Counted from the stretch's first letter, positions 1 to 7,726 are shown. The stretch is DNA of 64,000 bases from a virus (IMGVR_UViG_3300020577_005800:6044-70043); one strand, 5' to 3'. The notes: generated by a model from the letters alone, not told the origin. Translations and numbers: made by a program.

Positions 1-1290
1 GACGAGCGCACGTGGGGCACGCCCCGCAACACGCCCGAGGGCGGCCCGTACAAGGGCCTCACGTGGACGCATATCCACGCCACGCCCGATCTGAAGTTCA
101 TGCGCCAGTCCCTCCGCCAGACCGCGGAACAGGACATGGCGGTGAAGCGCGAGGAGTACGGGATGCTCCAGCGAGCTCTCAGCGAGCACACGGAACAGGA
201 TGCGCGCACCGCGCTCCATCTCCTCACCAGCGGGACGCTGTTCCGCGCCGAGAAGTGCGTCGAGATCGCGAAATGGTTCCTTTCGCTCTACGAGATCAAG
301 GCGAAGGGTCGCAATAGGGACAACCTCATCTGGCATGCGGTGGCGGGTGCGCCTGTCGGGTTCTGCCACATCCGCGGCGGCATGATCGGCACGCTGCTGG
401 AGGACGTTACCAACGGTCTCGCCGTCGAAACCATCAAGGCGCGCTTCGACGAGAAGATGAATCCGCTCAAGTACCAGCGCCCGACCGCGCCTCCCTCGGC
501 CGGCACCATCGCCCAGGCTGAGAAGGCGTTCGAGCCGTACGCTGCGTCCCTCCGACGCCGGTTCGCCAAGCTCTCCGACATGCGCCCGTTGTGGCGCCCG
601 CGCGTCACCGAAAGCCAGCCCACGCCGGGGACGCTGTTCGGCCATCTCCTGCCGCAGAGGCAGACCGCTCCCACGATCGCAGCGCCCGATCAGACGATGA
701 CGTGGCGCAAGTTCTTCGAGACGGTGCTGTCGACCCCGGGCGCGGCGCAGTCGATCGAGTTCTACGTGCCTGCCACGGGGTCATTCTGCGGCATCCTCAC
801 GGCGGCTGACATGAACGCCCCGGCCATCCTTCAGTGGGACCGAGAGGACGACCGCAACCCGGTGTCGTGGTATCTGTACCAGACGCCCCTCCGCACCCTC
901 CGCAAGGGTTCGTCGGCTGATCGCTGGGGGCTCAAGCCCTACTCCTGGGTGCCGGTGACGGCCATCTCGCTCCAGCCCAATATGTGGGCCGCTGAGCCCC
1001 GTTTCCTCAATCAGGGTCAGGGCATCATCTTCTCGCTCCAGGGCGCGATCGACAAGGGAGTGGAGGGGCTCGCGCTGTTCCCGGAGACGCTCAAGAGCGA
1101 GTTCCACGGCGTTCGCGCCGTGATCGAGGCATACTCGGGACGCGCCAAGCCCGAGGGAATCAACGAGGCGGAGGCGAATGGAATTATTCTCCAGCGCACG
1201 GAGATGAGCGGTGACAATTGGCTCGCCAAGTTCCGTGTGACCGACAGCCATGGGCAGGTGCGCACCATTCTGCTGGATCGGTGGGACTGA
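1..1290 (+). CDS. Conserved phage/bacterial hypothetical protein, 5'-truncated by the window edge
   Basis: The frame of ORF 100..1290 is open back to base 1 (DERTWGTPRN...). The LKYQRPTAPPSAGTIAQAEK...LRRRFAKL segment resembles a widespread uncharacterised family. Confidence 0.8.
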   Translation, partial: DERTWGTPRNTPEGGPYKGLTWTHIHATPDLKFMRQSLRQTAEQDMAVKREEYGMLQRALSEHTEQDARTALHLLTSGTLFRAEKCVEIAKWFLSLYEIKAKGRNRDNLIWHAVAGAPVGFCHIRGGMIGTLLEDVTNGLAVETIKARFDEKMNPLKYQRPTAPPSAGTIAQAEKAFEPYAASLRRRFAKLSDMRPLWRPRVTESQPTPGTLFGHLLPQRQTAPTIAAPDQTMTWRKFFETVLSTPGAAQSIEFYVPATGSFCGILTAADMNAPAILQWDREDDRNPVSWYLYQTPLRTLRKGSSADRWGLKPYSWVPVTAISLQPNMWAAEPRFLNQGQGIIFSLQGAIDKGVEGLALFPETLKSEFHGVRAVIEAYSGRAKPEGINEAEANGIILQRTEMSGDNWLAKFRVTDSHGQVRTILLDRWD

Positions 1291-1292
1291 CC

Positions 1293-1538
1293 ATGGGATA
1301 CGCACGAGCGCTGGGCTACATCATGGAGAAGCGACATGGTTCAGACGGCACACAGACGACGGGCAAGGTACTGCGCGGGTTCGCCGCGATGACTCCGGAG
1401 CGGAGGCGCGAAATCTCGTCCAAGGGCGGTAAGTCCGTCCCGGCCGAGAAGCGAGGGTTCTCCAGGGACCCCAACCTCGCTCGCGAGGCGGGCAAGAAGG
1501 CCGGGCAGATGCGCAAGCCCATGACGCAGGGGATGTGA
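1293..1538 (+). CDS. KGG-repeat stress-induced protein (YciG/GsiB-like)
   Basis: RGFAAMTPERRREISSKGGK...AREAGKKAG motif. ATG at 1293 (alternative 1323) follows the upstream stop. Confidence 0.85.
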   Translation: MGYARALGYIMEKRHGSDGTQTTGKVLRGFAAMTPERRREISSKGGKSVPAEKRGFSRDPNLAREAGKKAGQMRKPMTQGM

Positions 1539-1539
1539 C

Positions 1540-1833
1540 ATGAACACCACGAACCTCAACTTCGGACAGGCGATCGAAGCTCTCAAGAACGGCTGCAAGG
1601 TCGCTCGCGAAGGCTGGAACGGCAAGGGGATGTGGCTGGCGTACATGCCTCCCGTCGTCATCCCAGAGGCGCTCGTGAACGGTAGGACGAAGAAGTTCGT
1701 CCCCATCGGCGATCTCAACGTCGGTGGCTACATCGCGATGTGGACCGCGCAGGGAGTGTGGCAGCCGGGATGGCTCGCGTCCCAGCCGGACATGCTGGCG
1801 ACCGACTGGACGATCGTCGAAGCGGTGTTCTGA
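1540..1833 (+). CDS. DUF2829 family protein (Tad2-like anti-defence sponge candidate)
   Basis: NFGQAIEALKNGCKVAREGWNGKGMW...WLASQPDMLATDW are the DUF2829 signature motifs. Confidence 0.9.
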   Translation: MNTTNLNFGQAIEALKNGCKVAREGWNGKGMWLAYMPPVVIPEALVNGRTKKFVPIGDLNVGGYIAMWTAQGVWQPGWLASQPDMLATDWTIVEAVF

Positions 1834-1854
1834 CCTCAATATGGATCTAACTAC

Positions 1855-1878
1855 GGTTGCTCTCAATTGAGAGCAACC
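1855..1878. promoter_or_regulatory. Perfect 24-bp palindrome, operator-like
   Basis: GGTTGCTCTCAA|TTGAGAGCAACC, intergenic, just upstream of the AGGAG RBS of 1898. Confidence 0.6.
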
Positions 1879-1897
1879 TCCGTACCAGGAGAGTAAA

Positions 1898-2305
1898 ATG
1901 ATTCATTCTCGTCACATCGGCATGTTCATCGAAGAACACGAGTCGCCCACTCCGGAGTTCCGTGTGCTCCGGTGCATCCAGATGTTCGATGTGAACGCGA
2001 TGCCCAACAAGAAGGGCGAGGTGAAGTGCCGGCGCACTCATTTCGTGGCGCTCGGTACGCCGCCCGAGCCCGTCACTCTGTTCGACGCGGAGGGCAATCC
2101 CATGTGCTCGCCGGAACCCGAGTGGGAGACCAAGATCCGCAAGTACGAGGAAGACATCCCGCTCGACCGCCACATCAAGCTGCCCGAGAAGACCACGACG
2201 CTCGCGGAGTTCAAGGGCAAGGACGAGGCGTGGGAGACGCTGGACTGGGCGGTCCTCGCGTTCGCGGCCGACATGCACAAACAGCCGGAATCGGCCGATG
2301 AATGA
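1898..2305 (+). CDS. Hypothetical protein
   Basis: 135-aa ORF with AGGAG RBS and phage-like codon usage. Confidence 0.75.
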   Translation: MIHSRHIGMFIEEHESPTPEFRVLRCIQMFDVNAMPNKKGEVKCRRTHFVALGTPPEPVTLFDAEGNPMCSPEPEWETKIRKYEEDIPLDRHIKLPEKTTTLAEFKGKDEAWETLDWAVLAFAADMHKQPESADE

Positions 2306-2471
2306 GTGGATTCCGGGCGAGATCATCGTCGTGCGCCAAGTACGAGATCGAGTACGAGGGCGCCCCTCGATGGCTGCTGTCGTCGCACTACTCGCACTAG
2401 ACAAAGGATTCATTTGCGTGGTAGGAGAAAGGCTCGCGCGTCTGTCCGACCCAGATTGTAGCCGGGCGTAG
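2298..2471 (+). CDS. Small hypothetical protein (MNEWIPGEIIVVRQ...)
   Basis: 57-aa ORF read by hand; its start overlaps the end of the upstream ORF. Confidence 0.5.
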   Translation: MNEWIPGEIIVVRQVRDRVRGRPSMAAVVALLALDKGFICVVGERLARLSDPDCSRA

Positions 2472-2598
2472 GCTGTAGACGTGCTAGTAGGCGAGGGATT
2501 CTCCTCGGGGGCTCTCACTCCGCAATTCTCAGATGGTCCTCGCCCGCGCTAGTGACGGAGCGCGCATACATTTGCTGTCTGAGTTAGATGACGGGTCT

Positions 2599-2631
2599 GG
2601 CCGGCGCCGATACAGCCGGCCGTCTCTTTTT
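2599..2631 (+). terminator. Rho-independent terminator candidate
   Basis: GGCCGGC/GCCGGCC stem followed by GTCTCTTTTT. Confidence 0.55.
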
Positions 2632-2642
2632 AAGGAGCACCC

Positions 2643-2741
2643 ATGAACGATTGGCAAAGTGTCCTGGCGTTTGTGATTGTCTACATCTGCCTGCCGGTGA
2701 CCGCGATTTTTTCGCTTGGTTATCTCGTCGGGCAATGCTGA
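2643..2741 (+). CDS. Small single-pass membrane protein
   Basis: MNDWQSVLAFVIVYICLPVTAIFSLGYLVGQC with AAGGAG RBS; below the ORF-track cutoff. Confidence 0.55.
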   Translation: MNDWQSVLAFVIVYICLPVTAIFSLGYLVGQC

Positions 2742-2752
2742 GGAGAGAATCC

Positions 2753-2899
2753 ATGCAAGCTCTGTCCGAAATTTCCGACGTTCGCGCTCGTCTCGAAATC
2801 CTCAAGCGCAAGGTGCTGGAGGCCGAGACCGAACTCAAGGCCGTCGAGGAGAAGGACGCGCCTACAACCTCGCCAAGGTCTCTAATGTGGAGGCGGTGA
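2753..2899 (+). CDS. Small coiled-coil hypothetical protein
   Basis: AGGAG RBS, then ATG 2753 within ORF 2588..2899. Confidence 0.6.
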   Translation: MQALSEISDVRARLEILKRKVLEAETELKAVEEKDAPTTSPRSLMWRR

Positions 2900-2900
2900 A

Positions 2901-3293
2901 ATGAGTGCTTGGGAAGGCAGCGCGTGGCAGCGTGCGCGCGAAGAGGAAGCGAAGAAGGCAGAAGCCAAGTCCATCGTCGGAAGTGTGTACCTCGCGAGCG
3001 CCGCCAAGCAGGATGCGGACAATCACGCCATGCGCGAGGACGCTCGACAGAAGAGGGAGCGGCAGGACGCGAACGAGAAGGCAGAAATCGCGCTGCGGGC
3101 CATCTATGACAGAATTCGACAGGCCGCGATGAAGGGCGAGCGCATCCTCTCGGTCTCCGACTACGACTGGATGGGCGGAGGGCTCGTCAACGAGGTCATC
3201 GTCGAGAAACTTCAGGCGTCCGGATATCGCGTTCACAAGATGCCGCCCTGCATGGACCCGGGCACGAACTACCAGATTCGGTGGGATGGGTAG
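2901..3293 (+). CDS. Hypothetical protein
   Basis: 130-aa ORF, GGAGG RBS, tightly packed. Confidence 0.7.
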   Translation: MSAWEGSAWQRAREEEAKKAEAKSIVGSVYLASAAKQDADNHAMREDARQKRERQDANEKAEIALRAIYDRIRQAAMKGERILSVSDYDWMGGGLVNEVIVEKLQASGYRVHKMPPCMDPGTNYQIRWDG

Positions 3294-3294
3294 C

Positions 3295-3696
3295 ATGGAA
3301 ACCGACCTCACCGGCATGGATCAGGTGCCGACGGAGAAAGAGCAGTATTTCTCGGCGATGCTGGCCGAGGGCGTGGTGATGGTTCATCTGGACCCTCGTC
3401 GACCCGATGTCGTGGTTCCTTCGCAGTTCAAGAAGGATGAAATCCTGCGGGTGAACATCGCCGTCGGATTCAACCTGCCGGTGTTTCGGATCGAGCACGA
3501 GGGCATCGTCGCAATGCTGTCGTTCAGTCGACGGAACTTCCTTTGCACGATTCCGTGGACGGCGATTTTCTGTCTCACTCTTCCCGATAAGGGACATGCC
3601 GGTAAGGTCTGGCCGGAGAGCTTCCCTCCTGAATTTAAGCAAATCGACAACTCCCCTACCCCGGAGTTCGCTCCGGCTACCGACGAGGTTCTATGA
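3295..3696 (+). CDS. sspB: SspB-like ClpXP adaptor (myxobacterial-type stringent starvation protein B)
   Basis: GVVMVHLDPRRPDVVVP...LSFS...TIPWTAIF matches the short SspB form I recall from Myxococcota. Confidence 0.8.
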   Translation: METDLTGMDQVPTEKEQYFSAMLAEGVVMVHLDPRRPDVVVPSQFKKDEILRVNIAVGFNLPVFRIEHEGIVAMLSFSRRNFLCTIPWTAIFCLTLPDKGHAGKVWPESFPPEFKQIDNSPTPEFAPATDEVL

Positions 3697-4877
3697 GCGA
3701 GATCATCAGACTGGCGAATCTCTACAAGCGCGACTCCAAGGGTGCTCTGCGTAAGTGGGGTATCGAGCAGCGCGAACATCAGTACCGCACGGTGTCAGGG
3801 GCCGAAGGAGCCACGCTCGTGCGGTCGGAGTGGACGGATGCGCAGACCACGAACGCCGGCCGAGCGAATGAGCGCGGACCCAAGGAACAGGCCGATTTCG
3901 AGATCGCTGCCGCATACAAGAAGAAGCGCGACGAGGGGTATTGCGACACGGTGGATGCCGCGCTCGTGAGCACCTTCCGCGAGCCCATGCTGGCCGAGAA
4001 GTACGCGCCCAAGCACGTCACGTTCCCGGTCTACTCCCAACCCAAGCTCGACGGAATTCGCTGCCTTGCGAGGAAGGACGGGCTCTGGAGTCGGAACGGC
4101 AAGCCCATCGTCTCGTGTCCACACATCATGGAGGCGCTCCATAATGTATTCGTCGACTACCCCAATCTGGTCATCGACGGTGAACTCTACAATCACGACC
4201 TGAAGGCAGAGTTCGAGCAGATCGTCTCGCTCACGAAGAAGCAGAAGCCGACGGATGCAGACCTCGCGAAGTCGAAAGCACTGATTCAGTATCACGTGTT
4301 CGATATTCAGTCGGCGGACGAGTACACCGCCCGCTGGATGTTCATCGACGAGAAACTGTTCGATTTCTCGGAGATGTTCATCGACGAGAAACTGTTCGAT
4401 TTCTCGGAAGATGAGGAAGACAACGGAGGGTACGGACTGCCGTCCTGTATTCAGCGCGTCTACTCGGCCTATTGCCCCGATCAGGAGCATCTCGACCTCG
4501 TGTACCGGAACTACCTCGGGGAGGGGTATGAGGGTCAGATGATCCGCAATCCCAAGTCCCAGTACGAGTTCAAGCGCACCAAGAATCTCCTGAAGCGCAA
4601 GGAGTTCCTGGACCAGGAATTCATCATTCACGACATCGTGGAAGGCGTCGGCAACCGCTCTGGGATGGCGGGTCGAATCGAGTACAAGACGAAGGACGGC
4701 AAGGTGTTCGGCAGCGGTATTCGCGGAGGCGTCGAGCACAATCGAATGCTTCTGGAGCAGCGCGCCAGTTACATCGGAGGCACCGGAACGGTTAGATTTC
4801 AGAACTGGACAGAGGACGGGGTTCCGAGGTTCCCTGTGACCGTCTCGGTCTGGGCCAAGGGGGCTCAGCGACTCTGA
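3693..4877 (+). CDS. lig: ATP-dependent DNA ligase with N-terminal WGR-like extension
   Basis: Motif I QPKLDGIR, IDGELY, YHVFD, GYEGQMIR, LLKRK and a C-terminal OB fold (GVPRFP). Confidence 0.95.
   Translation: MSEIIRLANLYKRDSKGALRKWGIEQREHQYRTVSGAEGATLVRSEWTDAQTTNAGRANERGPKEQADFEIAAAYKKKRDEGYCDTVDAALVSTFREPMLAEKYAPKHVTFPVYSQPKLDGIRCLARKDGLWSRNGKPIVSCPHIMEALHNVFVDYPNLVIDGELYNHDLKAEFEQIVSLTKKQKPTDADLAKSKALIQYHVFDIQSADEYTARWMFIDEKLFDFSEMFIDEKLFDFSEDEEDNGGYGLPSCIQRVYSAYCPDQEHLDLVYRNYLGEGYEGQMIRNPKSQYEFKRTKNLLKRKEFLDQEFIIHDIVEGVGNRSGMAGRIEYKTKDGKVFGSGIRGGVEHNRMLLEQRASYIGGTGTVRFQNWTEDGVPRFPVTVSVWAKGAQRL
4337..4408 (+). repeat. Perfect 36-bp tandem duplication inside the ligase (MFIDEKLFDFSE x2)
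   Basis: GATGTTCATCGACGAGAAACTGTTCGATTTCTCGGA at 4337-4372 and 4373-4408. Confidence 0.95.
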
Positions 4878-4880
4878 GAG

Positions 4881-5339
4881 GTGCCTATGTCCTTCGCCCA
4901 TGAACAATACGAACTCCCGTCCTTCGAGCGCTCCGAACCCAAGCCGGAGCCCCAACCCAAGGACGAGTGGGTCCAGAAGTTCTTGGACGAGGGTCATCTC
5001 GACGCTGCCGATTGCCTCGTGTATGTCGCGAGTCCGTGTCGTGCCCCCACCAAGGAAGGGCACCTCATCAATCTCGACTACGCGCGCGAGGCGCTCAAGG
5101 ATGCGGTGGTCACACGCGGCGAGGTCGCGGTGGCCCCGCATCTGCTCTATACCCAGATTCTCGACGACATGATTCCGTCGGAGGCTGCGGTGGGGATGCG
5201 TATCGGTCTGCGTCTTTTGACTCAATGTGATATCCTCGCGGTCTACCAGGACCGAGGTATCTCGGAGGGAATGAAGCGTGAAATCGAACTCGCCCGATTC
5301 TTCGGAATCGAAGTCGTCTATCGCAACCTCTACAACTGA
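4881..5339 (+). CDS. DUF4406-like / nucleoside 2-deoxyribosyltransferase-fold protein
   Basis: VYVASP...APHLLYTQILDD...LLTQCD...ISEGMKREIELA pattern. Confidence 0.75.
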   Translation: MPMSFAHEQYELPSFERSEPKPEPQPKDEWVQKFLDEGHLDAADCLVYVASPCRAPTKEGHLINLDYAREALKDAVVTRGEVAVAPHLLYTQILDDMIPSEAAVGMRIGLRLLTQCDILAVYQDRGISEGMKREIELARFFGIEVVYRNLYN

Positions 5340-5499
5340 ACCTCCGACGCTGAAGAGTTCGCTGGAGTGCGCAATCGAGTGCTTTACCAGCGCCTTAGAC
5401 TCGTTGGAGAAGGGCAATCTCCCCGGCTGTATGGCGTTCATGGCGGCTGGGGCGTTCTACTTCTATGTAGCGTGCGCGCTACTCCCGAGGAAATGATTC

Positions 5500-6225
5500 A
5501 TGGGCGTCAAGTATGTCACGCGCTCGTCCCACGGCAACGTGCAGACCGCGCCCCCGCGCTTCCGATTCACGTTCGACAGAACGGGTAATCTGGACCATCT
5601 GAACCAACTCGTGATGGAACTCGTCGATAAGACGAGCACCCAGCAGTGGTCTCCGGATTTGGTTCAGTTCGTCCATGTGAATCTCCTGTGGGCGAAGATT
5701 CAGCCGTTCATCGGCCGGGGTCTGCATAAGGAGATGACGCGCCCGATGTTCTACGGTGCGCTCAAGTCCATTGCGTTCCAGCCGGAGCGGGCTGAACGCA
5801 AGAACAGCATCATCCGCTCGACGGGCAAGGCGCTGCCTCTCTGCGTGACGAAGCTGCCGGAGATGAAGGCAGGGCGTATCCCCAACAACACCACCTGCGA
5901 ATTGGATTTTAGCAAATTCGACCTCGCGCTCCTCGGCAAGCTGCTCAACGAGAAGAACGAGGAATGGACGACGCTGGATATTGAGCAGTGTCTTCCTATT
6001 TTCCAGTTCTGCCGCGAGTTCACCGGATCGGTTACGGCGGTGGTCGAGCACGAAGGGAAGCGGGTTGACATTTCCCGCGTAGCAGGGCTAGATGCGGACA
6101 ATCTCGCGCCGGGCGTGAAGCACTGGGAGATTCATTCAATCCTCCGCACCCCGCTCGGGGAACACGTGCTCCCGAATCCGACGCGCCTGCCGCCGTACTA
6201 TATTCCGGCGATTTTCGAGGAGTAA
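5500..6225 (+). CDS. Hypothetical protein
   Basis: 241-aa ORF with RBS. Confidence 0.75.
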   Translation: MGVKYVTRSSHGNVQTAPPRFRFTFDRTGNLDHLNQLVMELVDKTSTQQWSPDLVQFVHVNLLWAKIQPFIGRGLHKEMTRPMFYGALKSIAFQPERAERKNSIIRSTGKALPLCVTKLPEMKAGRIPNNTTCELDFSKFDLALLGKLLNEKNEEWTTLDIEQCLPIFQFCREFTGSVTAVVEHEGKRVDISRVAGLDADNLAPGVKHWEIHSILRTPLGEHVLPNPTRLPPYYIPAIFEE

Positions 6226-6229
6226 TCAA

Positions 6230-6634
6230 ATGACCAAGCCGCTGACCGCTCAGATCAACATCACCGATTCCGAGACGGGCGCCGTCTTCCCAGGCATCCT
6301 CTTCCGCCTCTCGCCGTGCTCGCGCGGTGGGGTGGAGGCGACGGATATCGAGATGTTCTCGTATCTCGTTGCCAAGGTCGTGGATGACCTCACCGTGAAG
6401 TATGATCGCGTCCTGACCCAGTTCGCGCACGCGCGTTCGCAGCCGGAAGAGGCCGAGGGCATCGATCGCGTGCGCCGCTGCTATCACGTGCTGCTCGGTA
6501 TCAACGAGGCCGCCGTCGTGGTGAAGGGCTTCCTCGCCGAGTTCCCGAACGCTGCGCAGCAGAAGGCTCGTTCGAGCGAGACCGCGCTTCGCATCATGGA
6601 GCGCGTCATGGGTCTCCCGTTCTTTCCCGGTTGA
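6230..6634 (+). CDS. Hypothetical protein
   Basis: 134-aa ORF, GAGGAG RBS. Confidence 0.75.
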   Translation: MTKPLTAQINITDSETGAVFPGILFRLSPCSRGGVEATDIEMFSYLVAKVVDDLTVKYDRVLTQFAHARSQPEEAEGIDRVRRCYHVLLGINEAAVVVKGFLAEFPNAAQQKARSSETALRIMERVMGLPFFPG

Positions 6635-6713
6635 CAATCGGGCCAGAAAAGGCGATTTAATCATTCGTCCGTCGCGCCGGAAACGCGACAAAGCAACAAC
6701 CCTGGAGGCAGAC

Positions 6714-6995
6714 ATGAGTGACGAGAAGACGATTTCGGTTTCCGACGCCAAGGCGGTCGTGAAGAACTGGAAGAACGCGCGCAAGGAGGTCGAAGAGGCC
6801 CAGGCGCTCGTCGAGCAGAAGAAGGAGGCCCTGAACGACATCGCGAACAACGCCGTCGCGAGTCTCTCGGGCATCCTGTTCCGCGAGAAGGACGGCACGC
6901 TCCGTTTCTTCGGCGGCACCCGTGGCGGCAACATCACGCTTCGCGCGTCCCCGCCGAAGATGAACGTCGCCGAGCGTCGGGTCATCGACCTCTGA
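6714..6995 (+). CDS. Hypothetical protein
   Basis: 93-aa ORF, GGAGG RBS. Confidence 0.75.
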   Translation: MSDEKTISVSDAKAVVKNWKNARKEVEEAQALVEQKKEALNDIANNAVASLSGILFREKDGTLRFFGGTRGGNITLRASPPKMNVAERRVIDL

Positions 6996-7002
6996 GAATG
7001 AA

Positions 7003-7039
7003 CTACTAATTTCCTACTAAAGTCGGTAGGAATTAGTAG
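7003..7039. terminator. AT-rich hairpin, possible terminator or processing site
   Basis: CTACTAAT(T)TCCTAC/GTAGGAATTAGTAG inverted repeat with one bulge, intergenic. Confidence 0.45.
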
Positions 7040-7069
7040 ATAGACACAGCAACCCAAGGAGCACAGCAC

Positions 7070-7393
7070 ATGAGTGACACCCCAACCCCGGCCGAGGTCG
7101 CGGCCAACTTCCAGAACGGCATGTTCAGCGTCGTCGACACCCGCACGGGCGCGAATCTCGTCGTGGGCCTCAAGACCAAGGCGGCGGCGATCAAGGCAGC
7201 CGAGGACACCGACGAGTTCCAGGAGCTTCAGGAGGGCCAGAGCCTCGCGATCACCAAGGTCGTCGACGAGGTGGTCCCGGTCTTCAAGCGCACCGCCGCT
7301 ACGAAGCCGAAGGCCGGCAAGAAGCGCGCGAAGGTCCAGGAGGACGCTGCCGAGAAGGCGGCCGAGACCGACGAGGACGGCGACGACGAGTGA
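7070..7393 (+). CDS. Hypothetical protein with Lys/Ala-rich and acidic tail
   Basis: 107-aa ORF, AAGGAG RBS. Confidence 0.75.
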   Translation: MSDTPTPAEVAANFQNGMFSVVDTRTGANLVVGLKTKAAAIKAAEDTDEFQELQEGQSLAITKVVDEVVPVFKRTAATKPKAGKKRAKVQEDAAEKAAETDEDGDDE

Positions 7394-7516
7394 AATCCGA
7401 CTCCACGCCCTGATAGGGCTCTGAGTCCGATGAGCGAGAGGGAGTAATCCCACCTCTCGTGCTCTTGCCGGGATTGTGCCCCGCCTTCGCGATTTGTCCC
7501 GAGGGCGCGGCTTCAT
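7394..7516 (+). ncRNA. Unassigned structured RNA candidate upstream of tRNA-Pro
   Basis: Nested stems GACTC/GAGTC around GCCC/GGGC; GAGC-GAGAG-GGA(GTAA)TCC-CTCTC-GCTC hairpin; 12-pair hairpin with one mismatch at 7478-7511. Confidence 0.4.
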
Positions 7517-7593
7517 CTGGAATTAGCTCAGCTTGGTAGAGCGTCGGCTTTGGGAGCCGAATGTCGCAGGTTCAAGTCCTGCATTCCAGACCA
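7517..7593 (+). tRNA. trnP: tRNA-Pro(TGG)
   Basis: Full cloverleaf: CTGGAAT/ATTCCAG acceptor, TCGGC-TT-TGG-GA-GCCGA anticodon arm, TTCAAGT T-loop, encoded CCA. Confidence 0.97.
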
Positions 7594-7689
7594 GACATCC
7601 GGAGGCATACCGGATTAGTCATATCCTACAGGTGCTCGTGCCGCGAGGCCCTGTCAGGATCTCATGTGAGTGACGTAGGTATGACGCCC
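7594..7689 (+). ncRNA. Structured inter-tRNA spacer
   Basis: Hairpins ATCCGG/CCGGAT and ATCCT-ACAGG...CCTGT-AGGAT; alternative long-range pairings CATACC/GGTATG and GTCA/TGAC. Confidence 0.35.
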
Positions 7690-7725
7690 GCCCTCGTCGG
7701 AGGTCCACCCGAGACGAGGGCACCA
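7690..7725 (+). ncRNA. CCA-tailed tRNA-like minihelix candidate
   Basis: GCCCTCGTC...GACGAGGGC-A-CCA, ending one base before tRNA-Asn. Confidence 0.45.
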
Positions 7726-7726
7726 T

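Noticed and set aside
3795-5441. 548-aa minus-strand ORF, and similar long ones (6032..7516, 13479..14876, 20429..22318, 23224..25071, 37784..39385, 49068..50288, 60963..62240)
   Set aside because: Antisense shadows of well-supported + strand genes in GC-rich DNA, with no motifs or credible RBS.
6631-6661. TTGACA...TTTAAT promoter upstream of 6714
   Set aside because: The spacer is 19 bp and the -35 overlaps the upstream stop codon. Plausible, but too weak to call.
7394-7725. Hammerhead, theta/HDV ribozyme, tmRNA, SRP or group II intron in the tRNA cluster
   Set aside because: The required cores were not found (CUGAUGA/GAAA, HDV nested pseudoknot, G3:U70 plus tag ORF, SRP loop, intron domains I-IV and VI). 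These regions are kept only as unassigned ncRNA candidates.
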